Of a DNA stretch of 64,000 nt, positions 32,983-42,583 are shown one piece after another. The stretch is taken from positions 2,523-66,522 of the forward strand of contig DATFHJ010000107.1 of assembly GCA_035248585.1 (NCBI GenBank), given 5' to 3'. The notes beneath the pieces were generated by a model. That model saw only the letters and a list, made by a program, of their open reading frames with translations. It searched no databases and had not been told where the DNA came from. The stretch comes from Thermoanaerobaculia bacterium (GTDB lineage Bacteria; Acidobacteriota; Thermoanaerobaculia; Gp7-AA8). The position numbers were made by a program, and so were the translations under genes. Within the stretch, counting starts at the first letter, position 1, and each line of letters begins with the position of its first letter.

Positions 32983-34388
32983 ACACCCTCCTTGATCGCT
33001 GCGCGCCACCAGAGGACGGTCACGTTCTGCTCGGGCGCGGTCAGCGTGTGTTTTCCTGCGGTGAGAAATCGCGGGCCGCGGTACGGGACGCCGTCGATGA
33101 CGACGCGCGACGGGTCGCGCGCGAGGACGGCGTAGGTCTGCGGGACGGCGATGGTGAAAGCGCCGCCGTTCGCAACGGCGCCACAGACGCGGAGCTCTCC
33201 GCGGTCGATGAAGTGCTGGTTGAGAAATGCGCGCGTGCGCGGCGGGATGAGTTCGCCGTCGCGAACCGCGACGCAGCAACGCCGCGCGACGATGTCTTCC
33301 GGACGGTCGACCAGCGTGTGCTGGACGTTTTCGTAAATTCCACGCACCGGGCGGCGGCGGAAGACCGCGTCGCCTTTCATGTCGAGGACGTACTCGTTCG
33401 GCGCGGTCAGGGCGACGGCGGAGTCGAGGAAGCGAGAGCGGGTGTCATCGGCGGGGCGCCAGAGGCGAGCGTAGGCGATGCTCGCGATTAGCGCGGCGGC
33501 GAAGAGGGTCTTAGGACGTCGTAGGACGTCGTAGGACGTCATACGACTGACGAGGATTGGCGCGAGGGCGACGAGCGGCAGAAATTCGCGCGGGGTGATC
33601 TTCGGCCAGAAGCAGAGGAGCAGCAGCGGGTAGAAGAGCGCGACCTGCGCGAGGTGACATTGCTTCGAGCGCGCGACGACCGGGGCGATGGCGACGAAGG
33701 CGAGCGCGCCTCCGACCCGGCGCGCGGGATGGACGGGGATGGACGTGCCGAAGAAGAGGGTCTGGTGGAGCATTTCCCCGAGCGCGTGTTGCGTGACGAA
33801 GAAGAGGGCGACGGCGACGAGAGGGATGGCGCCGCCGAGGACGGCGGCGGGCCAGCCGGCGGGACGCCGGCGTTCCGCGAGGGCGTGGGCGGCAAGCAGC
33901 GGGAGCGCTTTGACGGAGGCGAGGATGCAGAGCGCGGCCATGAGGCCGCTGAGGAACATGCGGCCGCGCACGAAGCAGAGCGCGGCGGCGAGCCAGAAGA
34001 AGAGCCAGAGCGTGTCGTTGCGGAACTCGACGCTCTTCGGAAGCCACGGCGGCATCACGCTGAACGCGATCGCGGCGACGGCGGCGCCGCGCTCGCCGAT
34101 CAGCGGCTGGGCGAGCTTGTAGAGCAGCCACGAACAGCCGACGGCGAACGGCAGGATCGCGAGACGCGCAATCAGCAGGACCGTCGAGTTTTCCGGCGCG
34201 ACGGCGAGCAGCGGCGCGAAGAGCAGATGCAGCAGCGGAAAGTGCGGATCGAAGACGTCGCGGTATTGCACGAGGCCGCGCGTCCAGGCCCAGGCGATGT
34301 GCAGATGCTGCGGCTCGTCCGAATCGATCCGCCAGAGAAAGACGAAGACGATCCGAGCGGCGAGAGCGGCGATGGCGAGGATGCGCAC
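32979..34388 (-). CDS. Polytopic membrane protein, GT-C (ArnT/PMT_2-like) glycosyltransferase-like, with a C-terminal soluble domain
   Basis: There are ~9 hydrophobic segments and an early DEPQH acidic motif in the first loop, as in GT-C enzymes. The assignment is tentative. Confidence 0.5.
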   Translation of the reverse strand: MRILAIAALAARIVFVFLWRIDSDEPQHLHIAWAWTRGLVQYRDVFDPHFPLLHLLFAPLLAVAPENSTVLLIARLAILPFAVGCSWLLYKLAQPLIGERGAAVAAIAFSVMPPWLPKSVEFRNDTLWLFFWLAAALCFVRGRMFLSGLMAALCILASVKALPLLAAHALAERRRPAGWPAAVLGGAIPLVAVALFFVTQHALGEMLHQTLFFGTSIPVHPARRVGGALAFVAIAPVVARSKQCHLAQVALFYPLLLLCFWPKITPREFLPLVALAPILVSRMTSYDVLRRPKTLFAAALIASIAYARLWRPADDTRSRFLDSAVALTAPNEYVLDMKGDAVFRRRPVRGIYENVQHTLVDRPEDIVARRCCVAVRDGELIPPRTRAFLNQHFIDRGELRVCGAVANGGAFTIAVPQTYAVLARDPSRVVIDGVPYRGPRFLTAGKHTLTAPEQNVTVLWWRAAIKEGV

Positions 34389-34500
34389 GGGCCGCTGCTA
34401 AGGGCAACCGGTGGGCCGCACTTTTCGCACTCGCGCTAGAGAGGAAGCGCCGTTGGCGCGTCAGGCTTCTCCGACACTGCATGTCCGGCAGACCTGACAA

Positions 34501-35568
34501 ATGTGCGATCCTTCGCGTGGAGTGCGCGCTTCGGCAATCCTGATTTTTCTGTTTGCGTCTGCTGCAAATGCGGCCGACGCCTGGCAGTGGAGCGGCTTCG
34601 CTCTTTTGCGCGCATCGAACGGCGTCGAACGCGGTCCGCTGGCCGAGAAACAACTCTCCGCGCAGGTGCACGCGGGCCTCGACTGGACGCCCTCGCCGCG
34701 GTTCGGCGGGCACGTCGGTCTCCTCGCGCGCAGCGACGACGCGAATGCGCGCCGCGGTCACTTCGGCATCACCGAGGCGTATCTCGACGCGAACTTCCGT
34801 CCGGGCAATGACCGGCTGCGCCTCCGCGCCGGAGCCTTTTTTCTTCCGCAATCGCGCGAGAACGTCGACGCGTTGTGGGAGACGGCGTACACGATCACGC
34901 CGTCGGCGCTGAACAGCTGGATGGGTGAAGAGTTTCGGCCGATCGGCATCGACGCCGCGTACACGCGCGGCAGCATCACCGCGGCCGCGACGCTCTATCG
35001 CGGCAACGACACGTTCGGCGCGATCCCGGTGGCGCGCGGCTGGTCGCTTCGCGATCACTGGATCACCCTCGGCGAGCACATCCCGGTCGACGCCGAATAC
35101 TTCACCTCCGTCTCCGCGGAAAACGATCATCGCCTCGGCTGGTCGGCGCGCGGCGCATGGACCGGCGCGAACGCGCTCGTGCAGTTGACGCACATCGACA
35201 ACCGCGCCGACGGTCTCGAATACGGCGACTTGTTCAACTGGGGCACGCGCTTCGACATCGTCAGCGCCGAGTACACGAAAGGCGATTGGACGTTCGCCGC
35301 GGAGAGCGGATGGGGGCCGTCCTTCCTCATCGTCGGAGGGACGAAGTTCACGACCGACCTGCGCGCGAGCTACGTGCTCGTGTCGCGGCGCTGGGACCGC
35401 GGACGGGTCACGATTCGCGGCGATGCCTTTCACGCCGCGACCCACGATCGCGCGCTGACGCTCGCCTGGTTCTGGACGCCGCCCGGCCGGCTGCGCCCCG
35501 GCATCGAGCTCAGCACGACGGGCGACGATCAGCGCGTGATCGTCGAGTTACGTTACAGCTTCCCTTGA
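34501..35568 (+). CDS. Hypothetical outer-membrane porin-like beta-barrel protein
   Basis: Signal peptide ...ILIFLFASAANA, alternating beta-strands and the terminal strand VIVELRYSFP. Confidence 0.55.
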   Translation: MCDPSRGVRASAILIFLFASAANAADAWQWSGFALLRASNGVERGPLAEKQLSAQVHAGLDWTPSPRFGGHVGLLARSDDANARRGHFGITEAYLDANFRPGNDRLRLRAGAFFLPQSRENVDALWETAYTITPSALNSWMGEEFRPIGIDAAYTRGSITAAATLYRGNDTFGAIPVARGWSLRDHWITLGEHIPVDAEYFTSVSAENDHRLGWSARGAWTGANALVQLTHIDNRADGLEYGDLFNWGTRFDIVSAEYTKGDWTFAAESGWGPSFLIVGGTKFTTDLRASYVLVSRRWDRGRVTIRGDAFHAATHDRALTLAWFWTPPGRLRPGIELSTTGDDQRVIVELRYSFP

Positions 35569-35615
35569 AGTGCCGGGGAATCTGCACGCGCCCGAGCGCG
35601 CTTGACTCTTGCAAC

Positions 35616-36200
35616 ATGTCCCGCGCTCTCTCTTTCGTGCTCCTTCTCTCTCTTGCCGCGACCAGCGGCGCCGCGACCGTCAAGGTGACGGTGCGCGATG
35701 CGCGCGGCGGCGCCGTCACCGATGCCGTCGTGTATGCCGTGCCCGAGGGGCGCACGCTGCCGCCGGCGAAAAAGACGGCGGTGATGGATCAAGTGAACCG
35801 CACCTTCGTGCCGCACGTGCTGCCGGTCCAGGTCGGCACCGCGGTGCGCTTCCCGAACAGCGACGACATCCGCCATCAGGTCTACTCGTTCTCCTCGGCG
35901 AAGCAGTTCCAGATTCCGCTCTACAAAGGCACGCCCGCGAATCCGGTGGTGTTCGACCGCGAGGGCGTGGTCACGCTCGGCTGCAGCATTCACGACCGGA
36001 TGAGCGCCTACATCGTGATCGTCGACACGCCGCATTTCGCGACGACGAAGAAGAACGGACGCGCTGAGCTGTCGTCCGTCGGCGCGGGCAAATACTCGCT
36101 GCGAGTGTGGTATCCCGGCATGGCGGCGGAGCCTGCGCCGACGCCGCTGACGCTCGGCGGCTCGGAGTCGAAGGACCTGGTGGTAGTCGTAAAGAAATAG
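35616..36200 (+). CDS. Periplasmic cupredoxin-fold protein of the family usually annotated 'methylamine utilization protein'
   Basis: The ATG at 35616 is followed by signal peptide MSRALSFVLLLSLAATSGA. Family blocks VRFPNSDDIRHQVYSF, FQIPLYKG, LGCSIHDRMSAYIVIVDTPHF and WYPG are present. Confidence 0.65.
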   Translation: MSRALSFVLLLSLAATSGAATVKVTVRDARGGAVTDAVVYAVPEGRTLPPAKKTAVMDQVNRTFVPHVLPVQVGTAVRFPNSDDIRHQVYSFSSAKQFQIPLYKGTPANPVVFDREGVVTLGCSIHDRMSAYIVIVDTPHFATTKKNGRAELSSVGAGKYSLRVWYPGMAAEPAPTPLTLGGSESKDLVVVVKK

Positions 36201-36203
36201 CGA

Positions 36204-38537
36204 ATGCGCAGCTTCCAGGCGAAGCTCGTTTATCTCACCGTCGCGGTGCTCGTGCTGCTGCAGGCGGCGACGCTGATCGCCGTGCACGTCGCGGGCGAGC
36301 GGACCATGCGCCGCAGCGTCGCGCACGAGTTGCTCGTCGGCAGCAACGTGCTCGATCGCACGCTCAATGTCCGCGGACGCCAGCTGCTGCTCGCCGTCCG
36401 CGCGCTGGCGGGAGACTTTGCGTTCCGCGACGCCGTCGCCTCCGCGGACCGGCCCACCATTACCTCGGCGCTGCGCAATCATGGCGATCGCATTCAGGCG
36501 AACGCCGTCTTTCTCATTTCCCTGAAAGGCGCCGTCGTCGCCGACACGCTCGACGCGCGCTACGTTGCGCGCCCGTTCCCGCTGCCCTCGCTCATCCGCG
36601 AGGCGGAGCGACACGGCGAGTCGGCGGCGATCGTGTTGCTCGACGGACGTCCCTATCAGCTCGTGACCGTGCCGGTGCTCGCGCCGACGCCGATCGCGTG
36701 GGTGTGCATGGGCTTTCCGATCGACGAGGCGACGCTGAACGAAGTGCGGCGACTCACGTCGCTCGACGTCTCGCTGTGGAATGCATCCGCCGAGAATCCG
36801 CTGATGGTCTCGACGCTGCGGCAGGAGGAGCGGAGCGAGCTGGTGGCGCAGATGCGCGAGAAGAGAGCCGCGACGACGATCGAGATCGGACGCGACTCGT
36901 ACCAGGTGCTGCTGCATCCGCTCATCACGGCCGATCGCTCGCAGATCCAAATGCTGCTGCAGCGCTCGATCGAGGAAGCGCGCCGCCCGTATCGCCAGCT
37001 CGAGCTGCAGATCTTCGCGCTGTCGACGCTCGCGCTCATCGCCGCGGTGATCGCCGCCTACTTCTTCGCCCGCGGCGTCAGCAGTCCGCTGCAGCGGCTC
37101 GCGCACGAGGCGCAGAAGATCGAGCGCGGCGACTACACACCCACGCTCGCGATCCGGCAGAAGGACGAGATCGGGCAGCTGGCGAACGCGTTCGGCAGCA
37201 TGCGCACGGCGATCGCCGAACGCGAGGATCAGATCCGCCTGCAGGCGACGCACGACAGCCTGACCGGCCTGCCGAACCGCACGCTGTTCTTCGACCGGCT
37301 CACGCACGCGATCGAGCAGGCGAAGCGAAGCAAGGGGTTGGTCGGGATGATCATGATGGATCTCGACCGCTTCAAGGAGATCAACGACACGCTCGGCCAT
37401 CATTTCGGCGACGACCTCCTGATCGAGATCGGCCGGCGCCTGCGCCAGACGCTGCGCGGAAGTGACACGGTGGCGCGCCTCGGCGGCGACGAGTTCGCCG
37501 TCACGTTCCTCGCCACCGATCCGTCGCAGGCGCACGATCTCGCGCAGCGCATCGAGGCCACGCTCGAGACTCCGTTTCACCTCGGCGGCGTGTCGATCGA
37601 GGTGAACGGCAGCATGGGCATCGCGCTCTATCCGATGCACGCCGAGGACGCGTCGACGCTGATGAAACGCGCCGACATCGCCATGTACGACGCGAAGAAG
37701 AATCATACGGCGTACGCGATCTACGAGCCGGGTCGCGACGAGCATTCGCTGCGCCGCCTGGCAATCCTCTCCGAGCTGCGCCACGCGATCGCGCGCGATG
37801 AATTAGATGTCCATTACCAGCCGAAGATCGACGTCCGCACCGGCCGCGCCGTGCACGCCGAGGCGCTGGTGCGGTGGAGACATCCCGTGCACGGACGGCT
37901 CGCGCCCGACGAGTTCATTCCGCTCGCGGAGCAGTCGGGCAACATCGGCATGATCACGCACTGGGTGCTGCGGAAAGCGATCACGCATTGCGGCGAATGG
38001 AATGCGGCTGGCATCGAGCTCACCGTCGCGGTGAATCTCTCCGCGCTCGATCTCTTCGACGCGGAGCTGCCGACGTACATCAGCGGGTTGTTGTCCGAGG
38101 TTGGACTGCCGCCGTCGAAGCTCGTGCTGGAGATCACGGAGAGCGCGGTGATGAAAGACCCGGCGTACGCGCTGCGCATCCTGCGCGATCTCAAGAACCG
38201 CGGCGTGACGCTGGCCATCGACGACTACGGCACCGGCTACTCGTCGCTCGCACATCTCAAGCGGCTGCCGGTGGACGAGCTGAAGATCGACAAGTCGTTC
38301 GTGCTGAACCTGCGCACGGCGGCGAGCGACGACATCGTGATCGTGCGCTCGACGATCGAGCTCGGACACAATATGGGGCTGCGCGTGATCGCCGAAGGCG
38401 TGGAAAGCGCGGAGGCGTGGCAGATTCTGAAGAACCTCGGATGCGACATGGCCCAGGGCTACTTCATCAGCAAGCCGCTGCCGGCGAATGAGTTTCGCGC
38501 GTGGATCGACTCGCACGCGCACGCCGCAATCGCATGA
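36204..38537 (+). CDS. Membrane sensor GGDEF-EAL protein (periplasmic sensor domain, HAMP, diguanylate cyclase, phosphodiesterase)
   Basis: Two TM segments flank a ~270-aa periplasmic domain. A HAMP domain is followed by GGDEF (RLGGDEFAV), then the EAL-domain blocks EALVRW, QLEITES-like (VLEITES) and DDYGTGYSSL. Confidence 0.9.
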   Translation: MRSFQAKLVYLTVAVLVLLQAATLIAVHVAGERTMRRSVAHELLVGSNVLDRTLNVRGRQLLLAVRALAGDFAFRDAVASADRPTITSALRNHGDRIQANAVFLISLKGAVVADTLDARYVARPFPLPSLIREAERHGESAAIVLLDGRPYQLVTVPVLAPTPIAWVCMGFPIDEATLNEVRRLTSLDVSLWNASAENPLMVSTLRQEERSELVAQMREKRAATTIEIGRDSYQVLLHPLITADRSQIQMLLQRSIEEARRPYRQLELQIFALSTLALIAAVIAAYFFARGVSSPLQRLAHEAQKIERGDYTPTLAIRQKDEIGQLANAFGSMRTAIAEREDQIRLQATHDSLTGLPNRTLFFDRLTHAIEQAKRSKGLVGMIMMDLDRFKEINDTLGHHFGDDLLIEIGRRLRQTLRGSDTVARLGGDEFAVTFLATDPSQAHDLAQRIEATLETPFHLGGVSIEVNGSMGIALYPMHAEDASTLMKRADIAMYDAKKNHTAYAIYEPGRDEHSLRRLAILSELRHAIARDELDVHYQPKIDVRTGRAVHAEALVRWRHPVHGRLAPDEFIPLAEQSGNIGMITHWVLRKAITHCGEWNAAGIELTVAVNLSALDLFDAELPTYISGLLSEVGLPPSKLVLEITESAVMKDPAYALRILRDLKNRGVTLAIDDYGTGYSSLAHLKRLPVDELKIDKSFVLNLRTAASDDIVIVRSTIELGHNMGLRVIAEGVESAEAWQILKNLGCDMAQGYFISKPLPANEFRAWIDSHAHAAIA

Positions 38538-39274
38538 TCGACTATCGCGATGTCACCGTGCTCCGCGGCGGAAACGCGATCCTCGATCACATCACGCTCA
38601 CCATCGGCAAAGGCGAGCGCGTCGCGTTCCTCGGACGCAGCGGCGCCGGCAAGACGACGGCGCTGAAGGTGATCAACGGACTGATCGCGCCGTCGTCCGG
38701 GGACATTCTTGTTGACGGGAAACCACCCGGGCTGCCGGCGCTGCGCCGCCGCATCGGCTACGTGATGCAGCAGCCCGCGCTCTTTCCGCATCGCACGATC
38801 TTCGACAACGTCGCTACCGTCCCTCGCCTCCTCGGCTGGCCGGAAGAGCGGACGCGCGCGGAAGCGGAGCGGCTGCTCTCGCAACTCGAGCTTCCGAATT
38901 TCGGCTCGCGTTTTCCGCGCATGCTTTCGGGCGGACAGCAGCAGCGCGTCGCCATCGCCCGCGCGTTGATTGCCGCGCCGGAGATCGTGCTGTGCGACGA
39001 GCCGTTCTCCGCGCTCGATCCGCTGATCCGCGCCGAGCTGCAGACGCTGTTCGACGGAGTGGTGCGCGCCTCCGGCGCGCCCCCGCCCAAAGGCGCGCCG
39101 GAGGCGCGCACTACTCCGATGACGCTCGTCTTCGTCACGCATGATGTCCGCGAAGCGTTGCGCATGACGAAACGCATCATCCTGTTTGACGCCGGACGTG
39201 TTGTTGTCGACACGACGGCCGAGGAGTTCATGACGCACGAGCATCCGCTCGTGAGACGATTCGCCGAAGCATGA
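38534..39274 (+). CDS. ABC transporter ATP-binding protein (osmoprotectant/choline-glycine betaine type)
   Basis: Walker A GRSGAGKTT, signature LSGGQQQR, Walker B IVLCDEP and H-loop VFVTHD. The ATG at 38534 overlaps the upstream stop (ATGA). Confidence 0.9.
   Translation: MIDYRDVTVLRGGNAILDHITLTIGKGERVAFLGRSGAGKTTALKVINGLIAPSSGDILVDGKPPGLPALRRRIGYVMQQPALFPHRTIFDNVATVPRLLGWPEERTRAEAERLLSQLELPNFGSRFPRMLSGGQQQRVAIARALIAAPEIVLCDEPFSALDPLIRAELQTLFDGVVRASGAPPPKGAPEARTTPMTLVFVTHDVREALRMTKRIILFDAGRVVVDTTAEEFMTHEHPLVRRFAEA
39056..39117. repeat. Double-hairpin palindromic element, family D (GGAGTGGT-GCGCGCCtccGGCGCGC-spacer-GGCGCGCCggaGGCGCGC-ACTACTCC), in frame inside the ABC ATPase CDS
   Basis: The 26-nt arms are reverse complements with one mismatch. 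The element encodes ...VVRASGAPPPKGAPEARTT... just before the H-loop strand. Confidence 0.85.
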
Positions 39275-39885
39275 GCGACATCCTGCGGCTCACCGGCGAG
39301 CATCTGCTGATCGTCGCGATCGCGGTGGCGATCGCCATCGCCGCGGGCGTGCCGCTCGGGACATTCGCGCACCGCCGCCGGCGCATGGGTGGGATCGCGG
39401 TGCGCATCACCGACATCGTGCAGACCATTCCCTCGCCGGCGATGTTCGGGTTCCTCATCCCGCTGCCGTTCATCGGCGGCATCGGCGCGCGGCCGGCGAT
39501 CGTGGCGCTCGTGCTCTATTCGCTGCTGCCGATCGTGCGCAGCACGCTGGTCGGGCTGGAGCGCGTCGATCCGCACGTACGCGAGGCGGCAACGGCGATG
39601 GGAATGACGGACCGGCAACTGCTGTGGCAAGTGGAGCTGCCGCTGGCGACGCCGGCGATCGTCGCCGGCATCCGCATCGCCGCCGTCACGGCGATCGGCG
39701 TGGCCACGATTGCCGCCGCCATCGGCGGCGGCGGATTGGGCACGCTCATCTTCCGGGGCGTGTCGATGGTGGATACGCGGCTGATTCTGCAGGGCGCGGT
39801 GCCGGCGGCGCTGCTCGCGATCGCGGCGGACGTCGTGCTGACGCAGGTGGAGCGGTACTTTGCGCAGCGGAGAGGGGAAGCATGA
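39271..39885 (+). CDS. ABC transporter permease (osmoprotectant type)
   Basis: There are ~5 TM segments and a BPD-type EAA-like loop (VDPHVREAATAMGMTDRQLLWQVELP). Its start overlaps the ATPase stop. Confidence 0.85.
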   Translation: MSDILRLTGEHLLIVAIAVAIAIAAGVPLGTFAHRRRRMGGIAVRITDIVQTIPSPAMFGFLIPLPFIGGIGARPAIVALVLYSLLPIVRSTLVGLERVDPHVREAATAMGMTDRQLLWQVELPLATPAIVAGIRIAAVTAIGVATIAAAIGGGGLGTLIFRGVSMVDTRLILQGAVPAALLAIAADVVLTQVERYFAQRRGEA

Positions 39886-40691
39886 AACGTTGGATCGTGG
39901 CGCTGCTGCTGCTCGTGTCATGCACGGAGAAGAAACCCATCGTCGTGGGCTCGAAGAATTTCACCGAGTCGGTGCTCCTCGGCGAATTGCTCGCGCAGAA
40001 ACTCGAAGCCGCGGGCTGCAAGGTCGACCGGCGCCTCAACATGGGCGGCACGTTCGTGTGCGACTCCGCGATCCGCTCCGGCGCGATCGACGCGTACGTC
40101 GAATACTCCGGCACCGCGCTCACGGCGATTCTCAAACAGCCGAAGGCGAACGTCGTGGACGAATACGCAAAACGCGGGCTGCGCTGGTCGCCGCCGCTCG
40201 GCTTCAACAACACCTTCGCGATGATCGTCCGCAAGGATGCCGGCCTGCGCACGATCTCCGAGCTCGCCAGGGTCGCGGCCACGTATCAACCCGGCTTCGG
40301 CTACGAATTCACCGAGCGTCCCGACGGCTGGTCGGGCCTGCAGCGCGCGTACGGCCTGCAGTTCGCGCACGCGCCGCGCACGATGGACCTCGGCCTCACG
40401 TACAAGGCGCTCGCCTCCAGCCAGGTCGATCTCATCGCCGGCAATTCGACGGACGGCCTCATCGACTCCCTCGGCCTCATGGTGCTCGACGACGACAAGC
40501 ACTTCTTCCCTCGCTACGACGCCGTGGTCGTTCACCGCGCCGATCTCGACGAACGCTGCCGCGGCGCGGCGGCCGCGCTCGAATCGCTGCGCGACACGAT
40601 CGACGACACGGCGATGCGCCGACTCAATTACGAGGTGGACGGCAAGAAGCGGCCAGTCGCGGACGTCGTGAAAGAGCTAAGAGCGCGTTGA
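39882..40691 (+). CDS. Osmoprotectant (glycine betaine/choline family) substrate-binding lipoprotein
   Basis: The ATG at 39882 overlaps the upstream stop. A lipobox-like LLLLVSC is followed by the family blocks VGSKNFTESVLLGEL, YVEYSGTAL and NTFAMIVR. Confidence 0.85.
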   Translation: MKRWIVALLLLVSCTEKKPIVVGSKNFTESVLLGELLAQKLEAAGCKVDRRLNMGGTFVCDSAIRSGAIDAYVEYSGTALTAILKQPKANVVDEYAKRGLRWSPPLGFNNTFAMIVRKDAGLRTISELARVAATYQPGFGYEFTERPDGWSGLQRAYGLQFAHAPRTMDLGLTYKALASSQVDLIAGNSTDGLIDSLGLMVLDDDKHFFPRYDAVVVHRADLDERCRGAAAALESLRDTIDDTAMRRLNYEVDGKKRPVADVVKELRAR

Positions 40692-42530
40692 GCGCCGCCG
40701 CGGTCCGTACAGCGGCGTGACCGGCGCCGAAGGCACGGACCACGCGCTGTCGCCGGCGCTCGTCGTCGTCTTCACGACGCAGCGCGTCGGCACGCCGGAG
40801 GTCAGTCCGGTGACCGTGATCGGCGAGCTGGTACCGGTGTTCGCAATCCCGCCGGTGCAGACGGCGGTGTAGCTCACGAGCGTTCCGGTGCCGGACGGCT
40901 GCGGGATGAAGGGCACGCTCACGGTCGTGATCCCCGCGACCGGATTCCCGATGGACGGCGCGCGCGGCAGCGTGTCGGGGGTGGGAAGCGGCTCGCCGAT
41001 GAGTCCGATCGTGGGCGTGGGCCACAAGGGATCGTCCGTCGTGAATTCGAGATGCGCGCGCGCGATGTCCAAACGCCCCGGCGTTTTCTGCGATCGCACG
41101 GTGACGCGGCACTCGACTCCCTTTGGCAGCGCTTGTCCATTGCAGCCGTCGGTCTCGATCCGGAAGGTGGAGGGCGTGCGGCCTTTCAATTGGGCCGCGC
41201 CGAACGTCACCGTTCGATCGCCGGCATTCACGACGCGCACCTCGCGCACTTCCTCCGGACCGATGCGAACACCGACCGCCGGCTCGAACCGCAGATCCGA
41301 TCGTTCCACTTCCACGCTGCTGCCGGCGCGGCGCGTGATGCGGAAGCCGCGGTACGGATCGAAGAACGTCCCGCCGGGCGGCAACTGCATTCCGTCCGGC
41401 TGCAACGGCGCGGTCGTGCCGGGCGTGAGGAACTGGAAGGTCGACGATTGCCAGGCGCTGAGAACGCGGAAGCGGGCCCAGATCAACATGCGATCGGAGG
41501 GAAAATCGGTGCGCGGCGCGTGCGTGTCGAGATCGACCGGCGGCTTCGTTCGGTACTCGATCCAGTAGTCGACGGGCAATCCGTATTCGTCGGCGCCGTA
41601 CGGGATGCGAATCGCCTTCGCGCCTTCCGTGGCCGGCTCGTAGGCGTCGAGCGCGAACGTGGCGCTGGTCGGCGCTTCCTTCAGCTGCGCGGGCCGCAGC
41701 CAGCCGGCCTGCCACTTCTGCGCGGAGTTCGGATGCCCGCGCAGGTTGCCCATCATGTCGTAGCCGGCGTAGCCGTACACGACGCCATCGCGGTCACTGC
41801 CGGAGATCGCGCACGGCTCCTCGTTGTAAAAGGGATCGGTCAGGGTCGCGGGAATCCCGTACCGCCACGTCTTGCACCGCACCTCCGACGAGTGCTTGAA
41901 CCCGTACGTGTGCCCGATCTCGTGGCTCGCGTTCCCGGAGTACGCTTCGAACGCGGTTCCCGTCAGCACCGCGACCGGCAGCTCCAGGCCCGAGTTTCCG
42001 ATCGGCACTCCGGGCGGCAGGTACGCGTAGATTCCGGGGAAGTAGCCGTTGAGCGGCACGACGTTCAGCACGACGGCATCGATCCCCTGCAGATCGTAGT
42101 GGCTGGCCACATACGACAGCGCATCGCGGACCAGCCGGTCTCCGGTCTGATCGTTCGTCTCGTAGAACATGCGGTCCTGCGGCAGGTCGACCCAGTCGCG
42201 AATGTCGTACGTCTGCGGCGCCGCGCCGTACGAAATCTCCGCGTAAAACTGCGTGATCGAAAACGGATGCGCGCCCATGAGCCGCGCTCGCGTGTCCTCC
42301 GCGTCATGCAGCGGGGCTTCTCCGGGAAACTTGAAATGCGCGACGAGGATCCGCTTCGCGCCGTAGCCCGGATTCGGCGACGGCGGCGCGAACGGCGGGA
42401 GATACGACGCGTCGCAGAAATCATCGACGCCGTCGCGATCGACGTCGCTGCCGATGGCCTCGGGACACTGCGCGTGGACGGCCGACAGCGGCAGCGTCGC
42501 GAGGAGGAACACGTAAATAACTGTTCGCAT
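40677..42530 (-). CDS. Secreted metzincin-type zinc metalloprotease with C-terminal Ig/FN3-like domains
   Basis: Signal peptide MRTVIYVFLLATLPLSAVHA (ATG 42530; track start is the GTG at 42551). The extended zinc motif is HEIGHTYGFKH (HExxHxxGxxH). The C-terminal half is beta-rich. Confidence 0.75.
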   Translation of the reverse strand: MRTVIYVFLLATLPLSAVHAQCPEAIGSDVDRDGVDDFCDASYLPPFAPPSPNPGYGAKRILVAHFKFPGEAPLHDAEDTRARLMGAHPFSITQFYAEISYGAAPQTYDIRDWVDLPQDRMFYETNDQTGDRLVRDALSYVASHYDLQGIDAVVLNVVPLNGYFPGIYAYLPPGVPIGNSGLELPVAVLTGTAFEAYSGNASHEIGHTYGFKHSSEVRCKTWRYGIPATLTDPFYNEEPCAISGSDRDGVVYGYAGYDMMGNLRGHPNSAQKWQAGWLRPAQLKEAPTSATFALDAYEPATEGAKAIRIPYGADEYGLPVDYWIEYRTKPPVDLDTHAPRTDFPSDRMLIWARFRVLSAWQSSTFQFLTPGTTAPLQPDGMQLPPGGTFFDPYRGFRITRRAGSSVEVERSDLRFEPAVGVRIGPEEVREVRVVNAGDRTVTFGAAQLKGRTPSTFRIETDGCNGQALPKGVECRVTVRSQKTPGRLDIARAHLEFTTDDPLWPTPTIGLIGEPLPTPDTLPRAPSIGNPVAGITTVSVPFIPQPSGTGTLVSYTAVCTGGIANTGTSSPITVTGLTSGVPTRCVVKTTTSAGDSAWSVPSAPVTPLYGPRRRSTRS

Positions 42531-42583
42531 GATACGAATAACATTATCCACGATCAGCGGCCGGAGCCGGTACTATTTTGTTG

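Noticed and set aside
35601-35615. TTGACT...TTGCA upstream of the cupredoxin-like gene as a sigma-70 or sigma-54 promoter
   Set aside because: It lies only 9-14 nt from the ATG, leaving no room for a -10 element or a 5' UTR, and the GG/GC spacing does not fit sigma-54.
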